Part shown: positions 13,160-26,759 of the stretch, piece after piece
How positions within the stretch are numbered: the stretch's first letter is position 1
Layout: every line of letters starts with the position of its first letter
Origin: Octopus sinensis
Lineage: Eukaryota
NCBI RefSeq assembly: GCF_006345805.1
Contig: NC_043006.1
Coordinates: 79,484,001-79,548,000, forward strand
Reading direction: 5' to 3'
Length of the DNA stretch: 64,000 nt
The notes under the pieces: model-generated
What the model was told of the DNA's origin: nothing
What the model saw: the letters and a program-made list of their open reading frames with translations, nothing else
Database searches by the model: none
Translations under genes and position numbers: made by a program

Positions 13160-13966
13160 CTTCAAGCTTCTATCAACCAAATCAACTCACAAAGCTTCGG
13201 TGGGCCCGAGGCTTTAATAGGAGACACTTACCCATGTGCCACATAGTGGAACTGAACTCACAACCTCAAGGCTGGGAAGCAGATTTCTTAGCCTTGTAAA
13301 CTGAGAAACATTACTCAGCTGAGATTTTCCAAATCTCCCTCTAGAAGTACCAAAAAAAAATCTTAAAGACAAGAAAGGGAGATAGCTCAATAACATCAGC
13401 TAATTCAAATTTTTGGAACATAATAGCTATTTAGGCACTGCGCTTAAGAAGCTGACTTTGCAACCATACGGCTTTGGGTTCAGTCCCACTGTGCAACACC
13501 TTGGGCAAGTTTCTTCTACTATAACCTCAGGACAACCAATTCCTTGTGAGTGAATCTGGAAGAAAGAGACTGTGTAGAAGCCCATTGTGTGTTTGGAGGG
13601 TAGGGGTGAAGGAGTGTTTGTATGTGTGAGGGGGTAGGGGGAGCTTGTGTCTGTGTTTGTTATACACACCCCTACCACTTGACAACCATTCTTGGTTTCC
13701 TCTCTACTTCTCTACTCTTTTATTTGTTTCAGTCATATGACTGCAGCCATGCTGGAACACCACCCAGAAGAGTTTTTAGTCAAACAAATCAACACCAAGA
13801 CATTTTTTTTAAAATCTAGTACTTATTCTATCGGTCTCTTTTGCCAAATCACTAAGTTATGGGAACATAAACACACCAACATCGGTTGTCAAGCAGTGAG
13901 GGCGGGGACAAACACAGACTCAAAAGCACATACATGCACACACAAACATATATATATTATATATAT

Positions 13967-14030
<64 letters not shown>

Positions 14031-14051
14031 GTGTATATATATGTGTGTGTG

Positions 14052-14100
<49 letters not shown>

Positions 14101-14121
14101 GTGTGTGTGTATGTATATATA

Positions 14122-14156
<35 letters not shown>

Positions 14157-15337
14157 ACGGGCTTCTTTCAGTTTCCATCTACCAAATTGCACTCACAAGG
14201 CTTTGGTTGGCCTGAGGTTATCATAGAAGACACTTGCCCAAGATGCCATGCAGTGGGACTGAACCTGGAACCATGTGGTTCAGAAACAAGCTGTCCTCAC
14301 ATCTTAGCAGTTCAGCAAAAGCAACCAAAAGAATAAGCACCAGACTTGACAGACAGTGAATACCAGGGTCAATCTGTTTGACTGAAAAAAAAAAAACACT
14401 TCAAGGCGTTGCTCCAGCATGGCTGCAGTCCAATGAATGAAACAAGTGAATGATAAAAAAAATAATGACAAATGTAGTTATGAGGGTATCTTATCTTTAA
14501 AGCCAACTGTTAAAGCCAAGTGTTGAAAAACAAACAAGAGATATCAGTTGATTGAAATACTTCTACAATATAGACAAGGCACACTGAAGTGGATCTAGTC
14601 TTTAACCCTTTTGATACTAAATCACTTAAGGCACCCTTTGGTTTTATAGTACAGACTTCTTGTTTTAAGGTAAACTGTGTCAAACTTTGTGAAGGTGCGT
14701 GGCTTAGTGGTTAGGATATTCAGTTCACGATCATAAGTTCGTAAGTTCAATTCCCAGTGATGTGTTGTGTCCTTGAGGAAGACATTTTATTTCACGTTGC
14801 TCCAGTCCACTCAGCTGGTAAAAATGAGTTGGTACCTGTATTTCAAAGGGCCAGCCTTATCACACTGTGTCATGCTGAGTCTCCCTGAGAACTACGTTAA
14901 GGGTACACATGTCTGTGCAGTGCTCAGTCACTTGCACATTAATTTCATGAGCAAGCTATTCCGTTGATCATATCAGCAGGGACCCTCATCGTCGTAACCA
15001 ATGAAGTGCTCCTATCATCAAACTTTTATATTAAAGTTTCATGTTAATTTATGTTCTGCCAGTGCCTAGGTCGTTGTCAGTGCCACTAGATTGGCTCCTG
15101 TGCAGGGGGCACATAAAAAACACCATTTGAGTGTGGCCGTTGCCAGTACCGCCTGATTGGCCCTTGTGCCAGTAGCATGTAAAAGCACCCACTACACTCT
15201 TGGAGTGGTTGGTGTTAGGAAGGGCATCATCTGTAGAAACCCTGCTAGATCAGATTGGAGTCTGCTACAGCCATCTGGTTCGCCAGGCGTCAGTCAAATC
15301 ATCCAACCCATGCTAGCATGGAAAGCGGACGGTAAAC

Positions 15338-15383
<46 letters not shown>

Positions 15384-16560
15384 TGAAGTGGTGAGCTAGC
15401 AGAATCATTAATTAGCATGCCATGCAAAATACTTACCAATATTTCATCCATCTTTACATTCTGAGTTCAAATTCCACTAAGGTCAACTTTGCCTTTCATC
15501 CCTTCTGGGGTCAATAAAATAAGCATAGCGGTCGATGTAATTGGCTTACCTGCTTCTTCGAAATTGCTGGCCTTGGGTCAAAATTTCAAATCAATTTATG
15601 TTCCAAACAATAGCTTAAAAATGACGAAGTTATTTCCCTATATTCTTTATTATCTTCAATGTTACTTGAAAGAAAAATAATGTATTTTAATAGAAATATG
15701 CTAACAAAATGGTTAAGACAATTAATGAAAGTAATTAATTTGCTTTAGTCATATTAGATCTTTCATTTGTGTGGTTAACATTTCTTCTCACCTGCAATCT
15801 CCTTTTTTGGATTCTGATATTTTAAAAAATTGAATGTTTTAGGCGTAGGCACGGCTGTATGGTAGACATGACTGTATGGTAAGAAGCTTGCTTCCCAACT
15901 ACAATTAATTGAAACAAACTTAGTGTATTTTGACAAAAAATGGTAACAAAAGGGTAAATGGTTTGAAACCATCTTAATATTATCTGGCACGTAAAAAGCA
16001 CCATCCGACCGTGGCCATTTGCCAGCCCCATCTGGCACCTGTGCCGGTGGCATGTAAAAAACACCCACTACACTCACGGAGTGGTTGGCGTTAGGAAAGG
16101 CATCCAGCCGTAGAAACATTGCCAGATCAGACTGGGCCTGGTGCAGCCTTCTGGCTTCCCAGACCCCAGTTGAACCGTCCAACCCATGCTAGCATGGAAA
16201 GCGGACGCTAAATGATGATGATGATGATGATGATGATGACCAGGTGGCAAGCTGGCAGAATCATAAGAATGCCAGGTGAAATGCTTAGCTGCATATTGCC
16301 TGTCTTTACATACTGAGTTCAAATTCCATTGAAGTCGACTTCGCCTTTCATCCTTTCATCCTTTCAGGGTCAATAAAATAAGTACCAGTTAAATACTGAG
16401 GTCAGTGTAATTCCCCTATCTCCCCTCTCCAATTTGCTGGCCTTGTACCAAAATTTGAAATCAATATTATTAAACATGTCAGTGTACATTTATGACAGAA
16501 TGTAAGCATCTTAAGAGAAAATCTGGGCATAAGAGACATCAGATGAGGTGTGCAAGAGAG

Positions 16561-16567
16561 ATGTTTA

Positions 16568-16601
<34 letters not shown>

Positions 16602-16867
16602 GGTGGTGGTGGTGGTAGTAGTAGTAGTTCTCTGTGAAGTGCATGCCGCATTTGGTAAAAGTATGAAGCCGGAATGTAATTCAATACCCTGTTTTTAAGT
16701 AATAGGGTAGATAGTCAAATATTCTAAAACCCTTCAGTGGCAAACTGAACCAAGAAAAGAAAAACTGTTTTCATTAAATAATCCAGTTAAAAGAGGTTTA
16801 TTAGTGACAGTTATTCGTTTGAACATTCAATAATAATAACAATAATATTTTCTACTATAGGTACAAG
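16561..16867 (-). repeat. Inverted, order-permuted local duplication of 19153-19314 (arm A) and ~18170-18355 (arm B)
   Basis: 16706-16867 is the reverse complement of 19153-19314 with 4 mismatches in 162 nt. 16628-16689 is the reverse complement of 18182-18243 with 3 mismatches, and the shared compound (CTA)n(CCA)n(CTA)n repeat extends the match. Confidence 0.95.
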
Positions 16868-16869
16868 AC

Positions 16870-17040
16870 ATACGGACGAGGACAGCTGTGTCAAAAAGTG
16901 CCAATCTCTAACTGTGGATGGAACCTGTCGAAGAGGTAGACCCAGGAAGACATAGGACAAGGTGGTGAAGCAATGACAAGTGACCAAGACCTTTGGGGAT
17001 ATGCTGTGCTTGAGAAGACCTGTGAAGTCAAGTGAAACTA
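16870..17040 (+). mobile_element. Short RTE 3' fragment
   Basis: VDGTCRRGRPRKT*DKVVK, an RTE C-terminal motif. Confidence 0.6.
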
Positions 17041-17388
17041 TATTCATGGCCAATGCTGGTGTCACATAACAGGTACCTGTGCCAGTGGCACGTAAAAAGC
17101 ACCCTTCAAACATTGGGCTTCATGGAGGTGATAAGTGAATGAGACATTTGGCTGTACTTGAGAAGACTCGTCGAGCTGATGCTAGTGTCACATAACTGGC
17201 ACTTGTGCCAGTGGCATGTAAAAAGCACCCATTACACTCTTGGAATGGTTGGTGTAAGGAAGGGCATCCAGTCATAGAAACCATGCCAAATAAGATACGA
17301 ACCTGGTGCAGCTCTCCAGATTACCATTTTCAGACAAACTGTCTAACCAATGCCAGCCTGAGAAGCTGACACTAAATGATGATGACTA

Positions 17389-17422
<34 letters not shown>

Positions 17423-18121
17423 GGTGGTGGTGGTGGTGGTGAGCTGGCAGCACTGTTAGCACACCAGAGGAAATGCTTGACAGTATTTCGCCCATCGTCA
17501 TGTCCAGAGTTAAAATGCCGCCAAGATTGACTTTACCTTTCATTCTTTTGGGATCGATAAAATAAGTACCAGTCAAACACTGGGGTTCAATGTAATCACC
17601 TTATCTCCTCCACCAAACTTGCTGGCCTTGTGCTGAAATTCGAAATCAATATTATTAAACATGGCAATTTGTCCACCTGTTTTTCAGCCCTCACAGACCT
17701 CTTTCCCTCCTTCCCAATACAGTAGGGCCTTGCATAAAACCACACTGCATAATACCACACTTGCTAATTCACAGCTAGCAAACCAAACCAACCAGGAAGT
17801 CTTTACAAAGACTCATGGCTTGCTAGAAATAGTAGCTAAATTTCCCTCTAATTATGTCCTATTGTTTTTATTTATTTTTTATTTTTTTAAGAAAAATTAA
17901 GAAAACATTGGATAATATAGTCCAAGATACACTAAACTAAAGAAAAAAATAAACAGAAAAAAGGCAAAATATTCCAGCTAAAATGCTTTTGTTCATAGGT
18001 TTTGATGATCAAAACTGACCCGGAGGTATACTAGAACAACTTGCCATTATAAATATAAAATATTAAAGATGATTAAATTCTTAAACCATCAACTTCTCTT
18101 TTATTTCCTTCTATTTACAAG

Positions 18122-18183
18122 ACAGGAAGAAACAACAGAAAGATGGTGGCAGTTCTAAAGGAAATCAGCTCTTAAAAAGTCGG
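18122..18183 (+). other. Candidate exon (open frame RKKQQKDGGSSKGNQLLKSR)
   Basis: Long pyrimidine tract ending acaag, donor CGG|gtattg; one of three frames is open. The AAG acceptor is weak; an alternative CAG lies 4 nt downstream. Confidence 0.3.
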
Positions 18184-18242
18184 GTATTGAATTACATTCC
18201 GGCTTCATGCATTTACCAAATGCCGCATGCACTTCACAGAGA

Positions 18243-18286
<44 letters not shown>

Positions 18287-19270
18287 CACCACCACCACCA
18301 CCACCACCACCACACCACCACCACCACCACTACTACCACTACTACTACTAAAAACAATAATTGTTTTTGACATAGGCACAAAGGCCTGAAATCTTGAAGA
18401 AGTGGATTAGTTGATGCCATCGACCTCAGTACTTGACTGGTGCTTTGCTTTATCGACCCCAGAGGGATGAAAGAGAAATTAACCTCGATGGAATTTGAAC
18501 TCAGCACTTAAAGAGGTGGAATAAATACCACAAAGCATTTTGTCTGAGTCTCTAATGATTCTGCCAATTCACCACACTCACCACCTTATTAATGATGATG
18601 ATGATGTTGATGATGATGATGATGATGATGACAATGATGAATATGATAACGATGATGATGATGATGATGACGATGATGACGATGGTGAATATGATGACGA
18701 TGATGATGATGACGACGACGACGACGATGATCCCTTCTATTATCACCTCAAAACCTAAAATTTTGAGGAGAGGGCTACTCGATTACTTTGACCCCAGTCC
18801 TCAACCAGTACTTATTTTATTGACCCCCAAAAGAATAAGAAGTAAAGTTGATCTCAGCCGAATTTGAACTCAGAATGTAAAGACAGATGAAATAAAAATT
18901 TTGTCTGGTATGCTAGCAATTCTGCCATCTCACTGCATCATTTGATAATAATTATCAAGGCAGCAATCTGATGGCATCATTAGCAAGCCAGACAAAATGC
19001 TTAGCAGTATTTCATTTGTCTTTGGGTTCTGAGTTCAAATTCTCTCCAGGCCGACTTTGCCTTTCTTCTTTTCAGGATTGATAAAAAAAAAATACCAGTT
19101 GTGTAGTGAGGTAAATGTAATCAACTGGCCTCCTCCCCACCAAATTCCAGGCCTTGTACATATAGTAGAAAATATTATTGTTATTATTATTGAATGTTCA
19201 AACGAATAACTGTCACTAATAAACCTCTTTTAACTGGATTATTTAATGAAAACAGTTTTTCTTTTCTTAG

Positions 19271-19295
19271 TTCAGTTTGCCACTGAAGGGTTTTG
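19271..19295 (+). other. Candidate 25-nt micro-exon (TTCAGTTTGCCACTGAAGGGTTTTG)
   Basis: Acceptor tttttcttttcttag, donor TTG|gtatat. The inverted copy at 16.7 kb differs specifically at these splice bases. Confidence 0.35.
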
Positions 19296-20272
19296 GTATA
19301 TTTGACTATCTACCACTTTACTTTGGATGAGAAATAAATGGTTTATAAAAATATTGTCTTTTAATTGTAAATATTTCCGCTATGGGCTAATTGCATACAA
19401 TATTTACTCATGGTGCAAAATGGCTGTCACAGAAGTAGAGGGAAGAGGTGCTCACTACAATGGTGGTAGCAGTGGCCTCGATTATTGCCAAGCATAAAAA
19501 ACATATCTAAAAAAGGTAACTTAAACAATGTAATTACAAAACAAACAGTTTCAAACTTTGCATTTGCACAGAAGAAACACATACAAAACAAAATGACAAC
19601 ATCGCCACCACTACCATCATCACCATCACCACCACCACCAACAACAACAACAACACAGTGGTGGTGCAATGGCCCAGTGGTTAGGGCAGTGGACTCGCAG
19701 TCATAAGAACGCAGTTTCAATTCCCAGACCGGGCATTGTGAGTGTTTATTGAGTAAAAACACCTAAGCACCACGAGGCTCCAGCAGGGAGGGGTGATGAA
19801 CCCTACTGTACTCTTTCACCATAACTTTCTCTTCCTACTTCTGTTACAAAGTAGAGGAACCATGGTGTAACCCACTATGGTGTGGTAAACTTTCAGACCC
19901 TAGTCTAGATTGCGAATCCTCTGTACCCCAGGATGGTTCAGCTCTCCACCTGTTAAAAGCCACCGTTTATGGAATGAGTATAACAACGTGGCTTTCGCGC
20001 CCGTGCAACCGCCAGTCTATCACGTGTTGTGGGTAGATCTTCAAGTTGCCACACGCATTCTTAGTTGCTTAGAGTAGGCTCGAATTAGAGATTATTCTTT
20101 GTGGCTAACGGCGTGAGTCCTGATTGGAAGAAGAAGAAGAAGAAGAAGAGAAGAAGAAGAAGAAGGAGGAGGAGGAGGAGGAGGAGGAGTAGGAGGAGGA
20201 GAAGAAGAAGAAGAAGAAGAAGAAGAAGAAGAAGAAGAAGAAGAAGACAACAACAACAATAGTAGCGGTACT

Positions 20273-21760
20273 CTATTGCAAGACCAAGTATGCGATGCCA
20301 AATGGCTCCAATAAGTAGCCATCTACTTTGACCACTGAATAGGTGCCACTGTGCATTGCAGCGATCCAGCCTGTGAAAATGGGTCTGAAATCATCCGCTT
20401 TCAGGACGGCTTCCAAGTAGCGATGTTCAACCCTATCGAATACTTTTGATTGATCCAAATTGATCAGAGCACCCACAAAACTAGCTTTGGTCCCAGCCCT
20501 CTCTATGATGTATAGCATAAGGTGGAGGTTGTCACAGATACACCAGCTCAGGTTTGCACACATTTACGCTTTTCTGACCATGCTACTGACAACAAGCACC
20601 AGCCTTTTTACTAAAACCTTGGCCAAAATCTTAAACTCTGTATTTAACAGAGTTATGGGCCAAAAATTATCTAGTACATCCCCATTGTTGGCATCCTTCC
20701 TCAGCAGTATCACCACACCTCTGCTAACAGTTCTAGGAATTCTCCTGTTCTACTATAGGTACAAGACATACGGTACAAGTGCAAAGTGCTGCTGAAAAGT
20801 TGCACAGATCTACTCAGAGCTGTGTAGCATGTGCCCATCCCAATCTGTCAAAGACCTGATAGTGATTTTGTTTCCGCATCACATCTCCACTATTCGGGCC
20901 CTTTGGACTGCTTTAGTTCCTTCTTGTTTGAGCACAAGGGCCTTAGCTCTGACAATGCAACCCTTGTGTTTAACTTCAAAGAAATGGTCAAGGATCATTC
21001 TTGCTGCTAACACATCGCCTGCCATACCCTTTTTAATTGCATCTTCTAATTTGCTAACTAGGTCACCCACTAATCTATTCCTTTCTATCACTAACTCTTT
21101 GCTAAACACTACCGATTCTGCTCTAATCACCCTCTTCAGGGTGGCTCATCATCAGTTGTTGGCGATTTCCCCCCATCAACTGCCACTTAACTAGTCTGGT
21201 CCCTGTAGATTTTGCATGCCAGAAAACATGCTTTTAACTTCCAGTAATCAGGTCCCTGTCTACAGGTTCTATCTGATTCAACTGTCCAGATCACAAACTT
21301 GTGGTCTGTGTAGCCAACCAATTTAAACTGTGAACAACTTACATTATCCCTATCCTCTGACCTAACAAATACTCTATCTAGATACAATCTGGATGACACA
21401 TCAGGGAAATCTAGTTGATACCTACCAGACAATTGGAAGTCTCTAAGTAGGTTTTCGAGGCTTTTGCACCCACTTCTGTCCTTCCATGCATCCAAAATCC
21501 CATTCCAGTCCCCTACTAGTACTGAGATGCAAGACATTCCCAGGAATGTTTCTAGATGCCTGAAGAGTTCTGACCTTACAGCCACTGTCAGGGCATAGAC
21601 AATCACTAGTCTAAGGGTGCCACCTTCACTACCATTCAATCTAGGACCACCAACCTGCTGCCAGGTCCAAGAAGATTGCCTTTACTTCAAGATCTAAGGA
21701 TTTTTGGAATAGCACTGCTAACGAGCAGAAGAAGTGGGGGAGTATCATAGCTATGTATAG
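20273..21760 (-). mobile_element. Tx1/L1-type LINE ORF2 fragment (APE endonuclease, linker, start of RT), pseudogenised
   Basis: Endonuclease motifs VLVGDWN, YLDRVF, YTDH and WKL. RT motifs DNLHLM and LINLDQSKVFDRVEHRYL. Broken into several frames. Confidence 0.88.
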
Positions 21761-22069
21761 AGAGGAATTCTTTGGCATTTGAATAATTCATCTTTGGAAA
21801 CATGGATGTTTCATTCAACATCCCTCAACAAGCCTCATTCAAAAATCTTTGAGTGGGATGTGCTACTCAACCTAAAGGCAATTCTAACTGGGCCCCATCA
21901 GCAAGGTCATGTGCTGTTTATCTTGATATGAGATCACCATGTCGTGCACATATGGTTATGATGCATGTGTCTGATGTACCCTTATCAGACGGGTAGTCAT
22001 GAGGGGTATACTGGGCTTCTTATATTTATACCCCAGTGTCACTTGATGGCATGTGCTGCTCTCTCACTC

Positions 22070-22131
<62 letters not shown>

Positions 22132-22386
22132 TAATAATATCAACAACAACAATTTACAATGCTTCCAGCTGTTTAGCTCAATAAAACCCTGTCTCTCCCA
22201 ACAACATTGTTGTTGTATCTATTTACAAACAGATGGACTGTTACTATTGATAGTGTCTCAGACAAAACGATGCACCACTAACAGAATACCAAATATAACC
22301 AATTCTTCAAAGCCAGCCACCAGTAAGCTAGCTTTGGTAATTGTATAATAGTGTATATATGTGTGTGGGTGTTTGTGTATATATAA

Positions 22387-22428
<42 letters not shown>

Positions 22429-22429
22429 G

Positions 22430-22468
<39 letters not shown>

Positions 22469-22730
22469 ATAAAACACAATAGCTATGATATTATTTACTG
22501 TGTTAGTTACAATTTATGACACTAATATCATTGCAACACTTTTGTTTATAGAGAAATTAACTGAACATGTGTGTAGAGTGTAAACTTTTTAGGTCTTAAT
22601 GCTGTACATCTTTTCATCAATGAACTGATGAAAAAAAATATGTATATAAATAAACAATAACAAAAAAAAACAAACAAAATAAAATGAAGAATGAATAATA
22701 AGAGTGAATGAGTACATTTTGGGGTGTATT

Positions 22731-22766
<36 letters not shown>

Positions 22767-22995
22767 CTCTTTTACTCTTTTCCTTGTTTCAGTCATTTGA
22801 CTGTGGCCATACTGGAGCACCGCCTTTAGTCGAGCAAAATCGACCCCAGGACTTATTCTTTGTAAGCCTAGTGCTTATTCTATTGGCCCCTTTTGCCGAA
22901 CTGCTAAGTTACGGGTATGTAAACACACCAGCATCGGTTGTCAAGCAATGTTGGGTGGACAAACACAGACACACAAACATATACACACACACACA

Positions 22996-23031
<36 letters not shown>

Positions 23032-23073
23032 CACACACGCACACACACACGCACGCACGCACACACACACACA

Positions 23074-23118
<45 letters not shown>

Positions 23119-23987
23119 GTATATATATACATATAAACACCAGGCTTCTTTCAGTTTCGGTCTACCAAATCCACTCACCGGGCTTTGGTCGGCCCAAGGC
23201 TATAGTAGAAGACACTTGCCTAAGGTGCAACGCAGTGAGACTGAAACCGGAACCATGTAGTTGGTAAGCAAGCTACTTACCACACAGCCACTCCTACACC
23301 TATATATGTGTGTTTTTTGGTTTTTCAGAGAATTGGGACTGTTTCTTTTATTGGTGTTGTTTCCCATCAACTGAAAAATGATAAAATGGTGAAGAATAAT
23401 TAGTATTTCAATAATTTCAGTTGTTGGACTGTGGCCATGCTGGAGGACCATAGTACTGCCTTGTAGTGTCAGTTGATCAATTAAATGTGACTTTCTTACT
23501 CTTTCCTTTGTTTCAGTCATTGCACTGCTGCCATACTGGAGCAATGTCTTGTAGTGTTAGTGGAACAAATCAGCCCAGTACTTATTCTATCAGAATCTTT
23601 TGTTGAACTGCTAAGTTATGGGGATGTATACAACTCAATACTGGTTGTGAAGCAGTGGGGTGACAAACACAAACACAAAGACGCACACACATACACACCT
23701 ATGTATACACATATGCACATACAAAGCAGACACTGGATCTCAGCACAGTCCTCCTGCTCATCAGATCCTATCAAACCATCCAGCCTTTACCAGTGTAGAA
23801 AATAAAGATTAAAAGATATGTGTGTGTGTGTGTGTGTGTATAGTTGAGATTTACAGAAAAGCAAAAGGTGAAGACAGGTGTATAAATAACAAGCAGGTGT
23901 ATTAGTTTGACATTCAAGACAGTGAGAAAGTCTTTTACATTTTGAGCCTATGCTCTTCAACAGAAAAGAACACAAGGAAATAAACAG

Positions 23988-24018
<31 letters not shown>

Positions 24019-24786
24019 ATCCAAACCTGAACAAGCAAGAAAACAAGGCGAGGACATGGAATAAGTAGTGTTACTAAACACTCAGGAAAGGAAAGAAAAG
24101 AAAGAGGATTTCATGTTTCGACCGGAGTTCTTCATCAGAAATATAGAAAAAGTTCAAAGAAGGGAAGACAGAGAAAGAAAAATCACCAATGATACACACG
24201 CGGTCACATATTGAAATGACAGAAAAGGAATGGGGGAAGAAAAAGTTCTTTCAATGACAGGAGAGTGCAAGAGAAGGAGGTATGTGTGTGTATGTGTGGG
24301 TATGTGTGTGCACATAGGTCTGTGTGTGTGCATAGGTCTGTGTGTGTGTGCATGTATGTGTGTATATATATATATATACATACATACTTTACTGCCCACA
24401 AGGGCCTAAACACAGACGGTACAAACAAGGACAGACAAATTGATTAAGTCGATTATATCGACCCCAGTGCGTAACTGGTACTTAATTTATCAACCCCGAA
24501 AGGATGAAAGGCAAAGTCGACCTCAGCAGAATTTGAACTCAGAATGTAACAGCAGACGAAATACCACTAAGCATTTTTCCTGGCATGCTAACGTTTCTGC
24601 GAGCTCGCCGCCTTCCATCTTCTTGATAATAATAATCCTTTCTACAATAGACACAAAGCCTGAAAATTTTTTGGTGGGTGGAGTTATTTGATTATATGAA
24701 ACCTAGGGTTTAACTGGTACTTATTTCATTGACTCCAAAAGAGATGAAAGGCAAAGTCAACTTAGGTGGAATGTGAACTCGATTAA

Positions 24787-25288
24787 TCTATATATATAAA
24801 ACTGTAGTTGTGTGAGTGTCTGTCCCCTTCCTAACTACTCCCACATTTTGCGGTGCAGTTTAACCAAATTCGGGTATCTTATAGTCGTGATTCATATCGA
24901 GCCCATCTGAGTATTAGTGCGCGTCTACGATGAGTCTATGATTTTAAAAATAATTTAACATCATTTTTTATTCCATTTTAATGCATAATTTTTCGTGTGC
25001 CGATGGCGGCGGAGTTGGCGTCCATGGTCACACCTGCACCTGTTTGCTTCTCCCCCTTCTTCCCTCCCTCGTGAAGCTGTGGGGAAGGGAGTGTAAGGAA
25101 ATTAACGTCGTAAAGCGTTGTCAAGGAGACCAGCGTTCTTTTAGAACAACGACTTCATGGCTTGAAGACACCAAAACAGAAATGGCTAAGAAAGCCCGAA
25201 TTGGCATCTATAAAGGAAGTAACTCTCTAAAAATGCTTACATAGTTATTTCCCTTACAAACCTGAGCAACGCCGGGCGATACTGCTAG
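24787..25288 (+). mobile_element. Non-autonomous Helitron
   Basis: 5' TC after A, 3' CTAG before T, GC hairpin cctgagcaacgccggg just before the end, no target-site duplication. Confidence 0.85.
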
Positions 25289-25701
25289 TAATAAATAAAA
25301 TGTTAAAACCAGTTGTCATCAATGATGTAAATTCTAGATTCTTTGACAAAATAGAGAACATAAAAAAAAATTCAGTTACAGCAGTCTTTTAGTAATTTGC
25401 TGGTTGGTTAGTTTGCTGGCTGGTTAGTTGGTTGGCAGGTTGGTCAGTCAGTTTGTTGGTTGGTAGGTCGGTTGGGTCAATCTATGTTTTAGTTTCTAAG
25501 ATGCTCTAAGCTCTGAAGACACACCCAGGAATCAGGAAGGTGTATTTATTACAAACCTAACCCGTAACTTATAATCTTGTATTACATAGCTGCCTTTAGC
25601 ACCAACAGAACGGCTGATAAATTCCTCTCTTTAATTTGACCCTATGGAGATAAGAGACAAGGGAAGCATTTAGATTTGTGTGCATATAGGTGTACCCCAG
25701 G

Positions 25702-25739
<38 letters not shown>

Positions 25740-25899
25740 ATGCATGTAAATTGGAGTGGCTGGAATGAAGGGAGCATTTAACATCGTTAAGTTAGTGGGT
25801 GTTTCCATGATTCTATGGTTCCAAGCAATTTCCTACTCAACTAAGAAAAGGCTATTGTAAAAATAACTGAATAATTTTTGCCAATATACACACACAAGC

Positions 25900-26023
<124 letters not shown>

Positions 26024-26759
26024 CTATGTATGTATATAGATATATGTCTATATGTATCATGTATACATATATATGTGTGTGTGTGTGTATGTATGTATAT
26101 ATATGAGTGAGTGGACAAATGAAAAAAATGGCGCTCAACACATTTAGTAGGAGTAAAAAAATTGTTTAACCCTCAATAAAACAAAAAAAAAATTTTAATT
26201 AATAAACATGAAAAGCAAAAAGATTATCCCTTTTGATACCAACCCAGCTGAAACCGCCTCTGTAGTAAAAATGTCTTATTTTCAAATGCTCTGGATTAAA
26301 ATCTTTCACCAAACCTTAGCTACAATTTATGTTCCTAATGCCAGCTTAATGATAACTAAGTTATTTTACTAAATTCTTTGTTGAAAGCAACACAGAGCAT
26401 CTCAAAAAAATATGGTAACGAAAAGGTTAAACATCTTATTATTGAATCTAATAGTATTTTTATAACAAATCACACAAAACTAAAAAAAATTAATAAACAT
26501 GAAAACTGAAAAAAATTAAACGTCTTATTGAATCTAATAACATTTTTATAACAAATCATACCATGCCTTTTGAGGAGGCCAAAAGTCAACAATGTGTTGA
26601 AGTATTGAATCAAAAGGATCTAACATTTTAAATTCAATCTCTTGTTACCACATAAAGTCAGTATTTTAGTGGGGAGATAACCTAGTTTATTAATAGCAAT
26701 TCTTTAATGGGGGTGAGATAACCAAAAAGTCCTTATATATATATAATGAAAATTGCAGC

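Noticed and set aside
17999-18183. Selenoprotein or readthrough reading (FDDQN-TGA-PGDRKK) made by joining 17999-18025 to 18122-18183
   Set aside because: Only superficially like the SELENON LDDQSCU motif. No recognisable selenoprotein family, no SECIS identified, and the exon itself is unproven.
18160-19295. Alternative frame giving a PP1-docking-like KSALKKSVQF
   Set aside because: Preceded by an in-frame TAA and lacks a suitable acceptor; likely chance.
19830-20130. GC-richer segment ending in (GAA)n, possibly a LINE 3' end
   Set aside because: No recognisable protein motif; left unclassified.
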